Assembly: GCA_026002915.1 (NCBI GenBank) | Contig: BPGG01000001.1 | Location: forward strand, 1,312,366-1,376,365 | From: Acidimicrobiales bacterium | GTDB lineage: Bacteria > Actinomycetota > Acidimicrobiia > Acidimicrobiales > BPGG01 | Direction: 5' to 3' | Length of the DNA stretch: 64,000 bases | Part shown: piece by piece, positions 62,361-64,000 of the stretch | How positions within the stretch are numbered: position 1 is the first letter of the stretch | Layout: each line of letters starts with the position of its first letter | Notes under the pieces: model-generated | Database searches by the model: none | What the model was told of the DNA's origin: nothing | The model's input: only the letters and a program-made list of their open reading frames with translations | Position numbers and translations under genes: made by a program

Positions 62361-62959
62361 ACCGTTCTTCCCTCCTGTGATATAATTATCTTTGTAGACT
62401 CAACCTTCCACTCCTGACCTACTCTTCGTAGAGTGATTTCCCAAAGCTGTGTAACCACATCATCATCTACAACGCGACCGGTTTTGACTTCGTAGATGAC
62501 GCCGTCGTCGGTGGCACAATCTCGTGCTGTGACTTGCTCCTCAGCAGCGGAAAGGATTTCGACGTGGTGCTCTGGAAGCTGCCCAGATGGAAATCGACCG
62601 GCCAGACCCTTTCGCCGCAACTCCTGCACATTGCCCCAAGAATGTTCCAGCTGCGGCCCTGTGGCCACCTCAGCTAGGTCCTCATATGTAAGAGAATCTG
62701 GGTTGAAATAACCTCTACTAATTACGGCCCAGAATTTCTCTATTGCACGGACAATTTCCGCGCGAAGGGCTTCGGCGGAATGGTCTTGAGCCGTAGCTTG
62801 TTCAGAGCGAGTTGTTGTGGTGATTTCGACTCGAGGCTCGTCATCGACTGCGGGAACCGTTTTCGCTGTCTCGACGGTCGGCTCGGAGTTTGCGCACGCC
62901 GAAAGCGCGACCACACAGGCCGTGACACCGGCCAACACCCTCGCCTGTAGGAGCCCCAC
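62336..62959 (-). CDS. lipoprotein, NTF2-like/unknown function
   Basis: Lipobox VVALSAC after a hydrophobic leader. The mature part (AEIVRAIEKFWAVISRGYFNPD...WEITLRRVGQEWKVESTKII) looks like a cone-shaped alpha+beta fold. Low-GC codon usage. Confidence 0.6.
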   Translation of the reverse strand: MGLLQARVLAGVTACVVALSACANSEPTVETAKTVPAVDDEPRVEITTTTRSEQATAQDHSAEALRAEIVRAIEKFWAVISRGYFNPDSLTYEDLAEVATGPQLEHSWGNVQELRRKGLAGRFPSGQLPEHHVEILSAAEEQVTARDCATDDGVIYEVKTGRVVDDDVVTQLWEITLRRVGQEWKVESTKIIISQEGRTVCSTLLHT

Positions 62960-62965
62960 GGGCTG

Positions 62966-62971
62966 ACGTTA
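62966..62971 (-). promoter_or_regulatory. possible -10 element (TAACGT, TANNNT type) placed for a leaderless lipoprotein mRNA
   Basis: The minus strand reads TTGTCG-N18-TAACGT-cagccc-GTG, so the GTG start would coincide with the expected transcription start. Confidence 0.25.
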
Positions 62972-63057
62972 GGCACCAGCAACCTGTGACGACAAGCTCA
63001 CATATGGTGACTGTATGAGCGGTCTGAGGAAGAGGGCGCGGGAGTGTTCTCCAGCTC

Positions 63058-63987
63058 TCAGCCCCACACGGCGCCTATGCGATCGGCGACCTCTCGCCCG
63101 AGCCGCCTGCCGAGTTCGGCAGCTTGTTCCACCAACCCGAAGTCCATGAGGCGCATGCCTAACCCAGAAAGAGACAGGAAGTCCATGTCGGGCACGATCA
63201 CCTCCACTGCCGCCCCTTCGGCACGCAGTCCGTCGACCTGCTCGCGCTGCATGTCGAAGAACCTGATGAGCCTCTCGTCTCCGAGCCCCGGCGGAAGCTG
63301 TAGCGGCATGACCGAGACGACTACGACCACGTCATACCCGGCGGCGAGATCTGCGTTCAGCGGGGAGCGGACGCCGCCGTCCATCCATCGTCCGCCGTCG
63401 ATAGTCACCGGCGGGTAGATCATCGGCACCGCGCAGCTCGAGGCAACCGCCAGCGACACCGGCACGCCGCTCGACTGGTCCCACACCCGAAACTCGCCGG
63501 TCTCGGCGTTCACCGCCGTGCATCTGAACGCAGCCGGCCATTCCCAGCCTCCGAACGCCCTCTCCAAGGCGGTGACGTAAGCCTCTTCGGGGATCGTCTC
63601 CGCCTCCAGAGCCGACCGACCCAGCTCCCGGAACACCTCCTCGGCGCCACCCTCTCCGACTCTGGAGGCCAACTCCATCATGGTCTGCATCAAAGTCATG
63701 ATCGCCGTCTCGGGGATCCGGTCGACCCCGGTGCCGTCGACGTTCGACCGGAACATCTCCCCGACCTTGGAAGCCAGCTCGACAGGGTCGTCTCCCTTGC
63801 AGAGGTAGGCGCCCGTGATCGACCCGGCAGACGTCCCGATCACACAGTCGGCTTCCGCCAGGTTCACCCCTGCCTCGGCGATCCCCGCCCCGAGGCCCGC
63901 CTCCCATCCGACGCCGACCGGACCTCCCCCGCCGAGCACCAGGGCACGACGTTTCGTCGACGACGCTTCAGCCACCTCTGCCATCAC
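63058..63987 (-). CDS. patatin-like phospholipase
   Basis: LGGGGPVG oxyanion region, GTSAG nucleophile (GxSxG) and the MDGG catalytic Asp motif. Confidence 0.85.
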   Translation of the reverse strand: MMAEVAEASSTKRRALVLGGGGPVGVGWEAGLGAGIAEAGVNLAEADCVIGTSAGSITGAYLCKGDDPVELASKVGEMFRSNVDGTGVDRIPETAIMTLMQTMMELASRVGEGGAEEVFRELGRSALEAETIPEEAYVTALERAFGGWEWPAAFRCTAVNAETGEFRVWDQSSGVPVSLAVASSCAVPMIYPPVTIDGGRWMDGGVRSPLNADLAAGYDVVVVVSVMPLQLPPGLGDERLIRFFDMQREQVDGLRAEGAAVEVIVPDMDFLSLSGLGMRLMDFGLVEQAAELGRRLGREVADRIGAVWG

Positions 63988-64000
63988 TCGTCCCCCGTTC

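Larger units (their letters stand above)
62215..63050. other. AT-rich segment (lipoprotein gene plus 5' end of the secreted-protein gene) near tRNA-Ala
   Basis: Hand-counted lines give 38-50% G+C between about 62220 and 62760, against 63-67% in 61680-62220 and above 65% beyond 63060. Confidence 0.5.

Overview
This is a high-GC chromosomal segment; most hand-counted 60-nt lines are about 65-72% G+C. It has actinobacterial hallmarks: a WhiB regulator, an Rv3679/Rv3680-like ArsA/Get3 ATPase pair, asd-ask, ffs-dnaX-ybaB-recR, and an AccD/AccE-type carboxyltransferase with its epsilon subunit. I can support 63 CDS, one frameshifted response-regulator gene, 4 tRNAs (Pro-CGG, Ser-GGA, Ser-CGA, Ala-TGC) and the SRP RNA. 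Most of the content is housekeeping. Nucleotide and cofactor genes are thiL, dut, orn, tadA and tsaC/sua5. DNA repair genes are ligC, a LigD-type primase-polymerase, a 5'-3' exonuclease, nfo, xseAB, recR and dnaX. Central metabolism includes asd/ask and a scattered ethylmalonyl-CoA pathway set: thiolase, hbd, ccr, ecm/meaA, epimerase and pccB/accE. Envelope and secreted proteins make up much of the rest. Accessory DNA is limited to two small compositionally deviant islets beside tRNA genes. The first is about 2.3 kb after tRNA-Pro. It carries a Gp49/HigB-like toxin, a convergent XRE regulator and an unclassifiable 271-aa protein. The second is an AT-rich segment near tRNA-Ala that encodes a lipoprotein and the 5' end of a secreted protein. 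I saw no CRISPR array, integrase, transposase, reverse transcriptase or rRNA. The best candidate for something undescribed is the three-gene module in the tRNA-Pro islet, but the evidence is thin and it may be a decayed toxin-antitoxin island. Other points worth checking are a tandem cyclophilin pair with one catalytically degenerate copy, a degenerate orphan histidine-kinase-like protein, a tandem alpha/beta-hydrolase pair with one copy lacking the nucleophile serine, and several short perfect tandem duplications. All functional calls come from motifs recognised by eye in the supplied translations, because no database search was possible. Start codons in this GC-rich DNA are uncertain by up to tens of codons. 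Many long ORFs in the track are antisense shadows.
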